Source: Candidatus Krumholzibacteriia bacterium
GTDB lineage: Bacteria; Krumholzibacteriota; Krumholzibacteriia; Krumholzibacteriales; Krumholzibacteriaceae
NCBI GenBank assembly: GCA_963836185.1
Contig: CAWIIQ010000001.1
Span: forward strand, 32,001-96,000
Direction of reading: 5' to 3'
DNA length: 64,000 nucleotides
Position numbers and translations under genes: made by a program
Shown here: piece after piece, positions 42,867 to 62,519 of the stretch
Layout: each line of letters begins with the position of its first letter
How positions within the stretch are numbered: the first letter of the stretch is position 1
Notes under the pieces: model-generated
What the model was told of the DNA's origin: nothing
What the model saw: only the letters and a program-made list of their open reading frames with translations
The model's database searches: none

Positions 42867-43388
42867 ATGGTGCAGCCTGCGAAAACGGAAACAGTCGAGG
42901 AGCTCAAGAGATTGATCGAAGAATCGAAGAGTGTGATCCTCAACGATTTCACCGGACTCAATGTGGCGGACATCTCCGAGCTCCGCCGCCAGTGCCGTGA
43001 AAACGGTATCACGTTCAGGGTGATCAAGAACACCCTGGCAAGGAGAAGCTTCAACGAACTGGGCATCGAGGGCATGGACGCCCTCCTCGAGGGCCCGACC
43101 GCGTTAGCCGCTTCGGTGGTTGACGAAGTCGCCCCCGCCCATGTGATCAAGAAGTTTGCTGACGAGTATAAACTCCCCCGTTTCAAGGGGGGATATGTGG
43201 CCGGCCGGATCCTCGATGAGAAGGAGACGGTAAGGCTCGCGTCGCTCCCGTCACGCGATGTCCTCATCGCCACGACAGTCAGTGCGTTCCAGGCGCCGCT
43301 TCGAGGGCTTGTTGGAGTCCTCAATGCTTCCATGCGGGACCTGGTCGGCGTACTCGACGCGATCAAGGAAAAGAAGGGAGCGGCCTGA
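42867..43388 (+). CDS. rplJ: 50S ribosomal protein uL10
   Basis: DFTGLNV..ISELR, VIKNTL, LASLPSR. Confidence 0.95.
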   Translation: MVQPAKTETVEELKRLIEESKSVILNDFTGLNVADISELRRQCRENGITFRVIKNTLARRSFNELGIEGMDALLEGPTALAASVVDEVAPAHVIKKFADEYKLPRFKGGYVAGRILDEKETVRLASLPSRDVLIATTVSAFQAPLRGLVGVLNASMRDLVGVLDAIKEKKGAA

Positions 43389-43460
43389 TAGAGGCCGGGC
43401 GGCCGGCTCGATCGCCTGCCGCTGTACGTAGCCGTTAAACCGATTCGTTCGAAAGAGAGG

Positions 43461-44030
43461 ATGGCAATGCCCGCCAAGAAAGATGACGAAAAGAAAACTG
43501 CCGAGGCCGTAGAAGAGAAGGCCGAGGAGAAGGCTGAGAAGCCCAAGAAGAAAGCAGAGAAGAAGGCCGAAGAGAAGCCCGTAGAAGAGGCTCCGGCCGA
43601 GAAAAAGGCTGAAGAGCCGAAAGCCGAGGAGAAAAAAGTGGAGGCCAGCTCCAAGAATGTAGAGAAGATAGTCGAGGCAGTCGAGAAGATGACGGTACTC
43701 GAGCTTTCCGAGCTCGTAAAGGTCCTCGAGGACAGGTTCGGCGTAACCGCAGCCGCTCCGATGGCAATGATGCCCGGTATGATGATGGGCGGGGGCGCAG
43801 TTGAAGAGGCCGAGGAAAAGACCGAGTTCGACGTTGTCCTCACGGACTTCGGCAGCCAGAAGATCCAGGTCATCAAGGTCGTCAGGGCCATTACCGGCCT
43901 CGGACTGATCGAGGCGAAGAAAGTGGTCGAGGAGGTTCCTGGAACAGTCAAGGAAGGCGTCAACAAGGACGAAGCCGAAGAGATCAAGAAGCAGCTTGAA
44001 GAGGTCGGCGCGACAGTAGAAGTAAAGTAA
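43461..44030 (+). CDS. rplL: 50S ribosomal protein bL12 (L7/L12) with K/E/A-rich N-terminal extension; alternative start GTG 43638
   Basis: [47 protein letters not shown]. Confidence 0.95.
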   Translation: MAMPAKKDDEKKTAEAVEEKAEEKAEKPKKKAEKKAEEKPVEEAPAEKKAEEPKAEEKKVEASSKNVEKIVEAVEKMTVLELSELVKVLEDRFGVTAAAPMAMMPGMMMGGGAVEEAEEKTEFDVVLTDFGSQKIQVIKVVRAITGLGLIEAKKVVEEVPGTVKEGVNKDEAEEIKKQLEEVGATVEVK

Positions 44031-44081
44031 CCGTTTTTAATATAGGTCGGCGAAGAGCCGAGACAAGGGGGATCGGTCTAC

Positions 44082-47872
<3,791 letters not shown>

Positions 47873-47889
47873 AGATACGGAGGTATCCG

Positions 47890-52001
<4,112 letters not shown>

Positions 52002-52044
52002 GTATGAGCCGGGAAGTGCCTCCCGACTCGACTAAATTTATTTC

Positions 52045-52073
52045 TTGACAGGGACATAACAGGATGTTAGATT
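52045..52073 (+). promoter_or_regulatory. Promoter of the str operon
   Basis: TTGACA-17 nt-TAGATT with extended -10 TG, AT-rich upstream. Confidence 0.75.
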
Positions 52074-52150
52074 GCTCATCTGCGCAATGATTTGCCTGTC
52101 GGTAGTTAAAATAATCGACAATAGAGCGAGAGCAGGAGAAAAGGTATAAC

Positions 52151-52535
52151 GTGCCTACTATTAATCAGTTAGTGCGAAAGGGCAGAAAAGCCCAGACAAA
52201 GAAGACAAGCGCTCCGGCGCTGCAGGCCTGTCCCCAGAAGCGGGGAGTCTGCACGAGGGTCTATACTTCGACGCCGAAAAAGCCCAACTCGGCTATCCGT
52301 AAGGTCGCTCAGAGTAAGGCTCGTAAACGGTTTCGAAGTGACCGCGTACATTCCCGGGGAGGGACATAATCTCCAGGAGCATTCGATCGTACTCGTCAGG
52401 GGAGGCAGGGTAAAGGATCTCCCCGGCGTCAGATATCATATAGTCCGCGGCACTCTTGACACCAGCGGTGTCGACGGCCGTACGAAGCGCCGTTCGAAGT
52501 ACGGCGTCAAGAGGCCCAAGAAGGCCACGTCCTAG
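52151..52535 (+). CDS. rpsL: 30S ribosomal protein uS12 (apparent 1-nt insertion ~52310)
   Basis: [41 protein letters not shown]. Confidence 0.96.
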
Positions 52536-52549
52536 AAGGAGCAATCGTA

Positions 52550-53020
52550 ATGCCTCGCAGACGGGAAGTAGTAAAAAGAGATATAACGCCTGATCCGAAG
52601 TACGGCGACGTCCTTCTGGCTCGTTTCATCAACTATCTGATGCGCAGGGGCAAGAAGAGTACGGCCGAGCGGATCGTATATGACGCCATCGATATGATCG
52701 AGGAGAAGACAGGCCAGAGTGGTGTCGATGTCCTCAAGAAGGCGATAGAGAATGTCAAGCCGGTCCTCGAGGTCACCTCGAGGAGGGTCGGCGGGGCCAC
52801 GTATCAGGTTCCGATCGAGGTCCGTCCCAATCGCAGGCTCGCGCTGGCGATGCGATGGATCATCGGCTACGCGAAGGACAGGCCCGAGAGAAAGATGGCG
52901 CAGAAGCTCTCCGTCGAGCTCCTCAACGCCTACAACAAAGAGGGCCCGTCGGTCAAGAAGCGCGAGGATACGCACAGAATGGCAGAGGCCAACAAGGCCT
53001 TCGCTCATTACAGGTGGTAG
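52550..53020 (+). CDS. rpsG: 30S ribosomal protein uS7
   Basis: [24 protein letters not shown]. Confidence 0.98.
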   Translation: MPRRREVVKRDITPDPKYGDVLLARFINYLMRRGKKSTAERIVYDAIDMIEEKTGQSGVDVLKKAIENVKPVLEVTSRRVGGATYQVPIEVRPNRRLALAMRWIIGYAKDRPERKMAQKLSVELLNAYNKEGPSVKKREDTHRMAEANKAFAHYRW

Positions 53021-53258
53021 ACAGCATCCCCGGCTACTGCTGGTTCGGGATGCTTTGATATAAGAGGTGTGGGGTGGAATCCCTGCCGAAGCCTTCGAGT
53101 TGCAATTGAAGGAACCGGCGGGAAGACGAGGGAAAGAATTAAATGGTTTACAGGCAGCTTTGCTTTAACAGCATTAACCGCCGTATGACCCTCTGATCCC
53201 CTGTCGGGCTTTTGCCGGGCAGTCGGGAGATCATGGGTCCGGCGCTGGAGAAAGTTCG

Positions 53259-55339
53259 ATGTCAAGAGATTACCCTCTAGACAAGACTCGTAATATCGGT
53301 ATCGCCGCGCATATCGACGCGGGGAAGACTACCGTGACGGAAAGGATCCTGTTCTATTCGGGCAAGGTCCACCGTATGGGCGAGGTGCATGAGGGCAGCG
53401 CGGTGATGGACTGGATGGAGCAGGAGCGCGAACGCGGTATCACGATCACATCGGCCGCTACGACCTGCGACTGGAAGGATCACCGGATCAATATCATCGA
53501 TACCCCGGGGCACGTCGATTTCACCGTAGAGGTCGAGAGAAGCCTCAGGGTGCTTGACGGCGTCGTCGCGGTCTTCTGCGCGGTCGGCGGTGTCGAGCCG
53601 CAGTCCGAGACGGTATGGCGGCAGGCGGACAAGTATTCCATTCCGCGTCTCGCGTTCGTCAACAAGATGGATCGCGTAGGCTCGGATTTTCTGAATGTGG
53701 TGCAGATGATGCGCACGAAGCTCAAGGCGAACGCGATACCGGTCCAGCTCCCCATCGGAGCGGGAGAGGATTTTACCGGGATCGCCGACCTGATCAGCAT
53801 GAAAGCCTACACATATGACAACGAGAATCTCGGCTCTACATATGTAGAGAGTGTCATCCCGGAGGACCTGATGGTCTCGTGTGAGATGGCGAGAGAAGAG
53901 CTTCTCGAATCTCTCGCCGATTATGATGAAGAAATCGTTCATCACGTCCTGGACGGAGCCGACGTGAGTGAAGAGACTATAAGGAAGGCCCTGCGCAAGG
54001 CAGTGCTGGACGCGGCCGTCGTGCCGGTCCTCTGCGGTTCGGCCTTCAAGAACAAGGGCGTGCAGCATCTTCTCAATGCGGTCGTCGACCTTCTTCCCAA
54101 CCCGATGGATGTCCCGCCGGTAAAAGGCGTGAACCCCTTCTCGAAGCTGGAAGAGGAGAGGGCGGCCGATCCGAATGCGCCATTCGCGGCTCTCGTGTTC
54201 AAGGTCATGACGGACCCTTACGTCGGGCTGCTTCATTACATGAGGGTCTACAGCGGAACGGTCAAGACGGGGACGCATATCGTGAACGCGTCGAACAAGA
54301 AGAAGGAGCGCTTCGGCCGTGTGCTTCTCATGCACGCCAACAAGCGCGAAGAGCTGACCGAAGTATCGGCCGGCGACATCGTTGCGGTCGTCGGGTTGAA
54401 GCATTCGGGTACAGGTGACACGCTGTGCGATACGAAGCATCCTCTCATGCTCGAGATGATGGATTTCCCCGAGCCGGTGATCCCGTGGCGATAGAGCCGA
54501 AGACGAAGGCCGACGAACTGAAGCTTTCGGAGGCCCTGGGAAGGTTGAGCAACGAGGATCCTACATTCGTCGTAAAGATCGACGAGGATACAGGTCAGAC
54601 GCTGATATCCGGGATGGGCGAACTTCACCTCGAGATCCTGGTCGACAGGATGCTCAGGGAGTTCAGTGTCCACGCGAATGTCGGACGCCCCCAGGTCGCC
54701 TTCAAGGAGACGATCACGAAGAAGACCCGCAGCGAGGGACGATTCGTCCGCCAGAGCGGCGGAAGGGGCCAGTACGGGCATGCTATCGTCGAGATCGAGC
54801 CGAATCCCGGTGGAGGCTTCGAGTTCGAGACCAGGATGCGGGGAGCTGCTGTTCCCAAGCAGTATGTGCCGTATGTCGAGGAAGGTATCCGCCAGTCGAT
54901 GGCCAGCGGGCCTGTCAACGGCTGTCCGATGGTCGATGTGAAGGTCACTCTGATCGACGGCTCGTTCCACGAGGTCGATTCGAGCGAGCTGGCCTTCCGA
55001 GTCGCGGGCAGCATGGCCTTCAACGATGGAGTGAGGAAGGCCGGGCCGGTTCTTCTCGAGCCGGTAATGGACGTCGAAGTGGTTCTCCCGACGGAGTACG
55101 TCGGAGACGTCATGAGCGATCTTAATATGCGAAGAGGTAAAGTCGAAGGGATGTCCCAGCGCGCCGATACACAGGTTATTGCAGCGAGGGCGCCCCTTTC
55201 CGACATGTTCGGTTACGCGACAGCCCTGCGTTCGCTGACGCAGGGGCGGGCGATCTACAGCATGCAGTTCTCACATTATGACCGGGTGCCCGGAGAGATG
55301 GTCGCGCAGCTACAGGGCAGGGTGCGAGGTCTGGCCTGA
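53259..55339 (+). CDS. fusA: Elongation factor G (apparent 1-nt deletion ~54483)
   Basis: [48 protein letters not shown]. Confidence 0.97.
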
Positions 55340-55400
55340 GAGAGTATCGTGAAAGTCTGCCCGGCCTGATGCCGGAGCGGGTCGAGAAGGAGGAAGCCGG

Positions 55401-56594
55401 ATGGCTAAAGAGAAGTTTGAACGCAACAAGCCCCACGTAAACGTGGGAACGATCGGGCATGTCGATCATGGCAAGACCACGCTGACGGCAGCGATAACGA
55501 AGCATCTCTCCTCGAAGGGCATGGCGAACTTCGTGCCGTTCGACGAGATCGACAAGGCTCCCGAAGAGCGCGAGCGCGGGATCACGATCGCGACGGCTCA
55601 CGTGGAGTACGAGACGGAGAACAGGCACTACGCACACGTAGACTGCCCGGGACACGCCGATTACATCAAGAACATGATCACGGGCGCCGCGCAGATGGAC
55701 GGCGGCATCGTGGTGGTATCGGCCGCAGACGGTCCGATGCCTCAGACGAGGGAGCACATCCTCCTGGCTCGCCAGGTGAACGTGCCCTACCTGGTGATCT
55801 ACATGAACAAGGTTGATCAGGTAGACGACCCCGAGCTACTCGACCTGGTCGAGCTCGAGGTCAGGGAGCTACTGAGCGAGTACGATTTCCCCGGCGACGA
55901 CATTCCGATCATCCGCGGGAGCGCTCTTCAGGCTCTGAACAGCGAAGACGCGGACAGCGAGGAAGTCAAGAGCATCTGGGAGCTGATGGACGCGATCGAC
56001 AGTTACATACCGACGCCCGAGCGTGACACGGACAAGCCGTTCCTGATGCCTATCGAGGACGTGTTCTCGATCACGGGGCGCGGCACGGTAGGTACCGGGC
56101 GTATCGAGCGCGGGATCGTCAAGGTGGGAGAGGCAGTAGAGGTGATCGGGATCAGGGACACGCAGAAGACCGTAGTGACCGGAGTCGAGATGTTCCGCAA
56201 GCTTCTCGACGAGGGTATGGCGGGCGACAACGTGGGCCTGCTTCTTCGCGGGATGGACAAGGACAAGCTCGACCGCGGGATGGTCGTGGCGAAGCCCGGG
56301 TCGATCACACCTCACCTGAAGTTCAGGGGCAAGGTGTACGTGTTGAAGAAAGAGGAGGGCGGGCGACACACCCCGTTCTTCAACGGATATCGTCCGCAGT
56401 TCTATTTCAGGACGACGGATGTGACGGGAGTGGCGACGCTTCCCGAAGGGACCGAGATGGTAATGCCCGGCGATGATGTGGAGCTGTACATCGAGCTCAT
56501 CACGCCGATAGCTATGGAGAAGGAACTTCGGTTTGCGATCCGTGAGGGCGGCAGGACCGTCGGTGCGGGTGTCGTGACCGAAATCGTAGAATAG
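55401..56594 (+). CDS. tuf: Elongation factor Tu, copy 2 (intact)
   Basis: Complete 397-aa EF-Tu. Confidence 0.98.
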   Translation: MAKEKFERNKPHVNVGTIGHVDHGKTTLTAAITKHLSSKGMANFVPFDEIDKAPEERERGITIATAHVEYETENRHYAHVDCPGHADYIKNMITGAAQMDGGIVVVSAADGPMPQTREHILLARQVNVPYLVIYMNKVDQVDDPELLDLVELEVRELLSEYDFPGDDIPIIRGSALQALNSEDADSEEVKSIWELMDAIDSYIPTPERDTDKPFLMPIEDVFSITGRGTVGTGRIERGIVKVGEAVEVIGIRDTQKTVVTGVEMFRKLLDEGMAGDNVGLLLRGMDKDKLDRGMVVAKPGSITPHLKFRGKVYVLKKEEGGRHTPFFNGYRPQFYFRTTDVTGVATLPEGTEMVMPGDDVELYIELITPIAMEKELRFAIREGGRTVGAGVVTEIVE

Positions 56595-56613
56595 CGGGTT
56601 GGAGGTTTGCCCG

Positions 56614-56922
56614 GTGGATGGTCAGAACATAAGGATCAAGCTGAAAGCATTTGAACACTCAATGCTGGACCGATGCGCCGAGGAGATAGTAAAGACCGCG
56701 CGGAGGACTGGTTCGGAAGTATCCGGCCCTATTCCTCTTCCGACAAAACGGACTGTCTATACCGTTCTCCGCTCGCCGCATGTAAACAAGAAGTCGCGGG
56801 AACAGTTCGAGATCAGGGTGCACAAGAGGCTTATATGGATAACCAACGTTACTCCTAAAGCCGTGGATGCCCTGCAGAAGCTCGACCTCCCCGCCGGCGT
56901 TGATATCGAGATCAAAGTCTGA
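56614..56922 (+). CDS. rpsJ: 30S ribosomal protein uS10
   Basis: [29 protein letters not shown]; GTG start after SD GGAGGT. Confidence 0.97.
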   Translation: MDGQNIRIKLKAFEHSMLDRCAEEIVKTARRTGSEVSGPIPLPTKRTVYTVLRSPHVNKKSREQFEIRVHKRLIWITNVTPKAVDALQKLDLPAGVDIEIKV

Positions 56923-56935
56923 TTCGGAGGATGAG

Positions 56936-57571
56936 ATGATAGGGTTGATCGGCAGGAAAATCGGGATGACCCAGGTCTTCGACGAGAAGGGAACAGTGAT
57001 CCCTGTGTCGGTGATCGAGGCGGGCCCGTGTCCTGTGGTGCAGGTTAAGACCGAGAAGACCGATGGCTACAACGCGATACAGATCGCGTTTGGAGAGGCC
57101 AGACAGTCACGCTCGAACCTGCCGCAGATGGGGCATTTCCGGAAAGCCGGACTCCCGCCTTACCGTTACGTCCAGGAATTCAGGGTGGACGATCCATCCG
57201 CCTTCGAGCCCGGCCAGCTGATCGGTGTCGGCATCTTCGCGGATGTCGCCACGGTCGATGTTACCGGCAAGTCGAAGGGCAAGGGATTCCAGGGCGTAGT
57301 GAAGCGCTTCGGATTCGGGGGCGGCAAGGCCTCCCACGGCGTTAACAAGGTGCACAGGGCGGGCGGTTCGATCGGAATGGCAGCCTGGCCGAGTCGTGTC
57401 CATAAGGGGACGAAGATGCCCGGCAGGATGGGTAACGCCAATAATCACGTAAAGAACCTCAAGGTCGTCGAAGTCGACACTGAAAACAACCTCCTGCTCG
57501 TCAGGGGCGCGGTACCGGGCGCGAGGAATACCATCCTCAGGCTCACCACCACGTCCGCGAAGCAGGGCTGA
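56936..57571 (+). CDS. rplC: 50S ribosomal protein uL3
   Basis: [25 protein letters not shown]. Confidence 0.97.
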   Translation: MIGLIGRKIGMTQVFDEKGTVIPVSVIEAGPCPVVQVKTEKTDGYNAIQIAFGEARQSRSNLPQMGHFRKAGLPPYRYVQEFRVDDPSAFEPGQLIGVGIFADVATVDVTGKSKGKGFQGVVKRFGFGGGKASHGVNKVHRAGGSIGMAAWPSRVHKGTKMPGRMGNANNHVKNLKVVEVDTENNLLLVRGAVPGARNTILRLTTTSAKQG

Positions 57572-57583
57572 GCATGAGGAAGA

Positions 57584-58213
57584 ATGATGGCAAGCGCGAA
57601 TCTATATGATTTTAACGGAGACCTGAAGGGCACGGTAGACCTTCCCGAATCGCTCTTCGGCGGTCCTGTGAACAAGTCGGTGCTGTACGACGTGGTGCGC
57701 ATGTACGAGGCCAACAGGCGGCTAGGGTCCGCCAATGCCAAGGAGCGCAGCGAGATCCGTTTCAGCAACGCCAAGCCTTACAGGCAGAAGGGCACCGGAC
57801 GGGCGAGAGCCGGCAGACGTTCCTCTCCGATCTGGAGAGGAGGCGGAGTCGTCTTCGCACCGAAGCCCAGGGATTACGGTTTTACCGTTCCCAAGAAGGT
57901 CAGGAGACTCGCTCTCAAATCGGCTCTGGCTGACAAGGGCGGAGAAGAGAGTGTGTTTGTGGTAGAGAGCGTCTCGATGGAAGCGCCGAAGACGAAGGTC
58001 TTCGCCGGGTTCCTCGAGGCAGCAGGGCTGTCGGGAAAGAAGATACTCTTCATCTCGGCAGGATTCGATGAGAACGTGTTCCGGTCGTCGAGAAATCTCA
58101 AGGGCGTCGAGTTTATACTCGCAGGCGATATGAACGCCCTCAAGATACTCAAGGCCGATACGCTGCTTTTCACGAAGGACGCCCTTGCGAAGATCGAGGA
58201 GGTGTTCGCGTAA
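57584..58213 (+). CDS. rplD: 50S ribosomal protein uL4
   Basis: KPYRQKGTGRARAG, SPIWRGGG. Confidence 0.97.
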   Translation: MMASANLYDFNGDLKGTVDLPESLFGGPVNKSVLYDVVRMYEANRRLGSANAKERSEIRFSNAKPYRQKGTGRARAGRRSSPIWRGGGVVFAPKPRDYGFTVPKKVRRLALKSALADKGGEESVFVVESVSMEAPKTKVFAGFLEAAGLSGKKILFISAGFDENVFRSSRNLKGVEFILAGDMNALKILKADTLLFTKDALAKIEEVFA

Positions 58214-58515
58214 TGGCCGATATCCGGAGGATCATCTTCAAGCCCGTGATTACGGAGCGGTCGGCGATACTGAAGGAAGCGGACAACAAGTTCGTTTTCG
58301 AGGTCGATCCCAGGGCGAACAAGAGAGAGATCAAGACCGCTGTCGAGAAGCTCTTCGGCGTTACGGTCCTGCAGGTGCGCACGACAATCCTGCGCGGCAA
58401 GCCGAAGACGACGTTCATGAGGTCCGGCCGGTTCACCGGCAAGCGCGTCGACCGTAAGAAGGCCTTTGTGACATTGGCCAAGGGTGAGAATATCGATATT
58501 TTCGATCAGGTATAG
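58213..58515 (+). CDS. rplW: 50S ribosomal protein uL23
   Basis: PVITE, ANKREIK.AVEKLFGV, KKAFVTL. Confidence 0.96.
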   Translation: MADIRRIIFKPVITERSAILKEADNKFVFEVDPRANKREIKTAVEKLFGVTVLQVRTTILRGKPKTTFMRSGRFTGKRVDRKKAFVTLAKGENIDIFDQV

Positions 58516-58587
58516 CTCGCCTCGTTGTATAGCCCCTCCAGGGGCTACATGAGGGCTCGCGGGTGAAAGAGAAAAAGGAACCGATCG

Positions 58588-59421
58588 ATGGCTCTGAAGA
58601 AGTTTAATCCGACTACGCCGACGCTGCGTTTCAAGACGGTCACTGATTACTCCGGCCTTACGAAGAAGGCTCCGGAGAAATCGCTTCTCGAACCGATCAA
58701 GAAGACTGGCGGACGCAACAACCAGGGACGCATTACGATGCGCCGAATGGGTGGGGGCCACAAGCGCCGCTACCGCAGGATCGATTTCAAGCGCGACAAG
58801 CACGGTGTTCCCGCGAAGGTCGCCTCGATAGAGTACGATCCGAACCGTTCTGCTTTCATCTCGCTCCTGCACTACGCGGACGGGGAGAAGCGTTACATCC
58901 TGACGCCTCACGGGATCAAGGAAGGTGACTCGGTCATATCGGGTCCCGACATCGATATCCATCCCGGCAACTCCCTGCCGCTCGAAAAGATCCCGACGGG
59001 TCTGTTCGTGCACAATATCGAGATGATCGCCGGCCGTGGGGGCCAGATGGTCCGAAGCGCCGGCGCGTATGCGCAGCTCATGGCGAAGGAAGGCAATTAC
59101 GTATCCCTGCGGCTGCCAAGCGGTGAGATCCGCATGGTCCGCAAGGAGTGCTACGCCACCATCGGCCAGGTGAGCAACATAGATCATGAGAACGTAACGA
59201 TCGGAAAGGCAGGCAGGTCCCGCTGGCTCGGCAAGAGGCCGAAGGTCAGGGGCGTTGCCATGAATCCGGTCGATCATCCTCACGGCGGCGGTGAGGGCCG
59301 TACCAGCGGTGGCGGTCATCCCGTGTCCCCCTGGGGCATGCCGACGAAGGGGTACAGGACGAGAGACAAGAAGAATCCCTCTGACAAGTATATCGTCCAC
59401 AGGCGAAAGAAGAAGAGGTAA
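58588..59421 (+). CDS. rplB: 50S ribosomal protein uL2
   Basis: [33 protein letters not shown]. Confidence 0.98.
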   Translation: MALKKFNPTTPTLRFKTVTDYSGLTKKAPEKSLLEPIKKTGGRNNQGRITMRRMGGGHKRRYRRIDFKRDKHGVPAKVASIEYDPNRSAFISLLHYADGEKRYILTPHGIKEGDSVISGPDIDIHPGNSLPLEKIPTGLFVHNIEMIAGRGGQMVRSAGAYAQLMAKEGNYVSLRLPSGEIRMVRKECYATIGQVSNIDHENVTIGKAGRSRWLGKRPKVRGVAMNPVDHPHGGGEGRTSGGGHPVSPWGMPTKGYRTRDKKNPSDKYIVHRRKKKR

Positions 59422-59424
59422 TAG

Positions 59425-59700
59425 ATGGCCAGATCACTGAAAAAAGGTCCCTTTATCGATTACAAGCTTCTCCGCAAGATCGAGGGAATGAACGAGACCG
59501 GCGAGAAGAGGGTCATCAAGACCTGGGCCAGGCGATCGACCATCTCTCCCGAGTTTGTGGGTCACACGCTGGCGGTCCACAGCGGGAAGAAGTTCGTTCC
59601 CGTCTTCATTACGGAGAACATGGTGGGTCACAAGGTCGGCGAGTTCGTAGCGACCAGGACTTACAGGGGACATACGAGCAAAGTAAAGAGAAAGCAGTAA
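59425..59700 (+). CDS. rpsS: 30S ribosomal protein uS19
   Basis: [17 protein letters not shown]. Confidence 0.97.
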   Translation: MARSLKKGPFIDYKLLRKIEGMNETGEKRVIKTWARRSTISPEFVGHTLAVHSGKKFVPVFITENMVGHKVGEFVATRTYRGHTSKVKRKQ

Positions 59701-59724
59701 GCAGATAAACGGAGGTAGGCGGAG

Positions 59725-60084
59725 ATGGAAGCACGCGCAAAAGCGCGGCAGGTGAGGGTCTCGGCGAGGAAGGCGAGAATAGTCGTCGATCTCGTGAGGG
59801 GACTGTCGGTCGAGAAGGCTCTCGAGACGCTGAAGTTCTCGAGTAAAGCCGTTGCGCGCCCGATCGAGAAGCTCGTTGTTTCGGCCATGCACAACCTGGC
59901 CGGACAGTTCGAGCATCCGGTAGAGCCTGCCGAGATGAAGATCAAGGAGATATTCGTCAACGAGGGCAGGACGATGTACCGGATCAGGCCGAGAGCACAG
60001 GGGCGCGCCTACCGAATCCGTAAGCGCAGCAGCAGTATAACCGTGGTCGTCGATTACAAAGGCGAACTCGAGACCGGAAAGTAA
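59725..60084 (+). CDS. rplV: 50S ribosomal protein uL22
   Basis: [22 protein letters not shown]. Confidence 0.97.
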   Translation: MEARAKARQVRVSARKARIVVDLVRGLSVEKALETLKFSSKAVARPIEKLVVSAMHNLAGQFEHPVEPAEMKIKEIFVNEGRTMYRIRPRAQGRAYRIRKRSSSITVVVDYKGELETGK

Positions 60085-60107
60085 GAAGGAAAGACGAGGA
60101 GGATATC

Positions 60108-60794
60108 TTGGGTCAGAAGACAAATCCCGTCGGATTGAGGCTCGGAATCAACCGGTCGTGGGACAGTAAATGGTTTACATCGAAGCATACAGCCGAATGG
60201 CTGGAGGAAGATATCAAGCTGAGGCGTTACGTCAAGAAGCGCCTGGCAAGGGCGGGCGTATCGAAGATCGAAGTAGAGCGCCGCGGCGACAAGGTCAAGA
60301 TCCATATCTATACGGCCAGGCCCGGTATGGTCATCGGACGAAAGGGTGCCGAAGTGGATTTCCTCAGTGAGGAGCTGGCCCACCTCACCGACAAGGAAGT
60401 AAACATAGATATCAAGGAAGTAAAAAAGCCCGAACTTAACGCGCAGCTCGTAGCGGAGCATATCGCGGGACAGCTCGAGCAGAGGGTATCCTTCAGGCGG
60501 GCGATGAAAAAGGCGATAGGCTCCGCTATGAGGATGGGAGCCCTCGGTATAAAGGTGAAATGCTCAGGCAGGCTCGGTGGCGCCGAGATGTCGAGGACGG
60601 AAGGTTACATGGACGGACGTGTTCCTCTGCATACCCTCCGCGCCGACATCGATTACGCCAGGGCGACTGCTTTTACGACATACGGCACAGTCGGCGTGAA
60701 GATCTGGATCTATCTGGGAGAGATTTTCCCCAGGGACTTCAAGAAGCAGCTGGCCGAGAACGCAATAGACGATTCGTCGAAGGACCGTCGCTAG
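60108..60794 (+). CDS. rpsC: 30S ribosomal protein uS3
   Basis: [32 protein letters not shown]. Confidence 0.98.
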   Translation: MGQKTNPVGLRLGINRSWDSKWFTSKHTAEWLEEDIKLRRYVKKRLARAGVSKIEVERRGDKVKIHIYTARPGMVIGRKGAEVDFLSEELAHLTDKEVNIDIKEVKKPELNAQLVAEHIAGQLEQRVSFRRAMKKAIGSAMRMGALGIKVKCSGRLGGAEMSRTEGYMDGRVPLHTLRADIDYARATAFTTYGTVGVKIWIYLGEIFPRDFKKQLAENAIDDSSKDRR

Positions 60795-60816
60795 AACGAA
60801 AGAGGTTGATTGAGCC

Positions 60817-61245
60817 ATGTTGATGCCGAAACGCACAAAATTCCGCAAACAGCAGCGGGGCCGGATGCGAGGCGCAGCCTACCGCGGTTCGAAGATCAGC
60901 TTCGGCGAGTTCGGACTGCAGGCCGAGGCTCCCGGCTGGATCACGAACAGGCAGATCGAAGCTGCTCGTGTCGCGATCATGCGTCATATCAAGAGGCAGG
61001 GAAAGTTGTGGATCCGCATCTTCCCCGACAAGCCCGTAACCGTGAAGCCCGCGGAGACCAGAATGGGCAAGGGTAAGGGCGCTCCCGAGTTCTGGGTGGC
61101 CGTCGTAAAGCCCGGCCGTATCATGTTCGAGCTCGCGGGTGTGGATCATAAGGAAGCAAAGAGAGCTATGGAGCTTGCTTCCGCGAAGCTTCCAATCAGG
61201 GTAAAGTTCGTTCGCCGTGTCGCTACTGGAAAGGTGGCCGGCTAG
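60817..61245 (+). CDS. rplP: 50S ribosomal protein uL16
   Basis: [18 protein letters not shown]. Confidence 0.98.
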   Translation: MLMPKRTKFRKQQRGRMRGAAYRGSKISFGEFGLQAEAPGWITNRQIEAARVAIMRHIKRQGKLWIRIFPDKPVTVKPAETRMGKGKGAPEFWVAVVKPGRIMFELAGVDHKEAKRAMELASAKLPIRVKFVRRVATGKVAG

Positions 61246-61265
61246 ACAACCGGATGGTTTAAGAG

Positions 61266-61478
61266 ATGAAAGCTGTTGAACTGAAAGAATTGACAATGGA
61301 TGAGCTGATCGACCGCGAAGACGAGCTTGGTGAAGAGCTGACGCGTCTGCGGATACAGCTCTCGATCAAGCGTCTCGATAACCCCCTTCAGGTAAGGGTC
61401 GTCAGGCGTGACCTCGCAAGGGTAAAGACCATCATCGCCGAGAAGGCGGCGGCAGTGGACGGCGCGCAGGAAGGCTGA
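61266..61478 (+). CDS. rpmC: 50S ribosomal protein uL29
   Basis: EL..LR, NP...R.VRRDLARVKT. Confidence 0.95.
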   Translation: MKAVELKELTMDELIDREDELGEELTRLRIQLSIKRLDNPLQVRVVRRDLARVKTIIAEKAAAVDGAQEG

Positions 61479-61515
61479 CAGCTTTTCAAGGCGCACTGTA
61501 AGATGAGGAGTTGAA

Positions 61516-61773
61516 ATGGAAGAAAGAAAGCCCAGAAAAAGTCTTGTGGGGCGGGTCGTGAGCGACAAGATGGACAATACGGTGACGATATCCATCGAGC
61601 GCACTTTTCAGCACCCGATGTACAAGAAGATCGTCAAGAAGACGTCGAAGATCTGGGCGCACGACGCCGAGAACGAATGTCGGACCGGAGACAAGGTAAA
61701 AGTCATGTCGACGAGGCCGCTCAGCAAGCTGAAACGCTGGCGTGTCGTTGAGATCATTGAGAGGGCACAGTAG
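61516..61773 (+). CDS. rpsQ: 30S ribosomal protein uS17
   Basis: GRVVSDKMD, HPMYKK, TRPLSK.KRW. Confidence 0.97.
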   Translation: MEERKPRKSLVGRVVSDKMDNTVTISIERTFQHPMYKKIVKKTSKIWAHDAENECRTGDKVKVMSTRPLSKLKRWRVVEIIERAQ

Positions 61774-61782
61774 GAGACGACG

Positions 61783-62151
61783 ATGATCAAGATGCAGACA
61801 AATCTGGCTGTCGCGGACAACTCGGGAGCCAAAAGCATCCGGTGTATCAAGGTCCTCGGGGGCTCGAGAAGGCGCTACGCATCCATCGGGGATATCATAA
61901 GCGCTTCCGTTCGTGTAGCGATGCCGGGCGGAGCCGTCAAGAAGGGCGAAGTTGTCAAGTGCGTCATAGTGCGCACGAAGAAGGAAGTAAGGCGGAGAGA
62001 CGGATCGTATATCAGATTCGACCAGAATGCCGCCGTAATAATCAACGAGCAGAAAGAGCCAGTCGGGACGAGGATCTTCGGCCCGGTGGCAAGGGAGCTC
62101 AGGGAGAAAAAGTTCATGAAGATCGTCTCCCTGGCACCGGAGGTTATCTGA
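61783..62151 (+). CDS. rplN: 50S ribosomal protein uL14
   Basis: [28 protein letters not shown]. Confidence 0.98.
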   Translation: MIKMQTNLAVADNSGAKSIRCIKVLGGSRRRYASIGDIISASVRVAMPGGAVKKGEVVKCVIVRTKKEVRRRDGSYIRFDQNAAVIINEQKEPVGTRIFGPVARELREKKFMKIVSLAPEVI

Positions 62152-62171
62152 ATACCGGGCGGAAACTCGAA

Positions 62172-62492
62172 ATGAAGATCAAGAAGAATGATACTGTAAG
62201 AGTAATCGCGGGCAACGCGAAAGGAACCGAAGGAAAGATCCTCAAGGTCTTTCCCGAAAGTAATCGTGTTATCGTCGAAAAGGTCAATATGATCAAGCGG
62301 CACACGAGGCAGACGAGTCAGGCCGACCAGGGCGGGATCGTCGAGAAGGAAGCGCCGATAAACGCTTCGAATGTGATTCTCATATGCCCGAAGTGCAGCA
62401 AGCCGACGAGAACGATGCACTCAAGCCTGTCCGACGGCCGCAAGGTCCGACGCTGCAAGAAGTGCAATGAGACACTGAGTGACGAGGATTAA
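62172..62492 (+). CDS. rplX: 50S ribosomal protein uL24
   Basis: MKIKKNDTV.VIAG, GGIVEKEAPI.ASNV. Confidence 0.96.
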   Translation: MKIKKNDTVRVIAGNAKGTEGKILKVFPESNRVIVEKVNMIKRHTRQTSQADQGGIVEKEAPINASNVILICPKCSKPTRTMHSSLSDGRKVRRCKKCNETLSDED

Positions 62493-62519
62493 CGTTAACT
62501 GATTCAGACGGTGAGACTA

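Noticed and set aside
43480-43640. CRISPR-like or VNTR array
   Set aside because: The short imperfect repeats are in-frame K/A/E codons with no spacers; no CRISPR array or cas gene was seen anywhere in the window.
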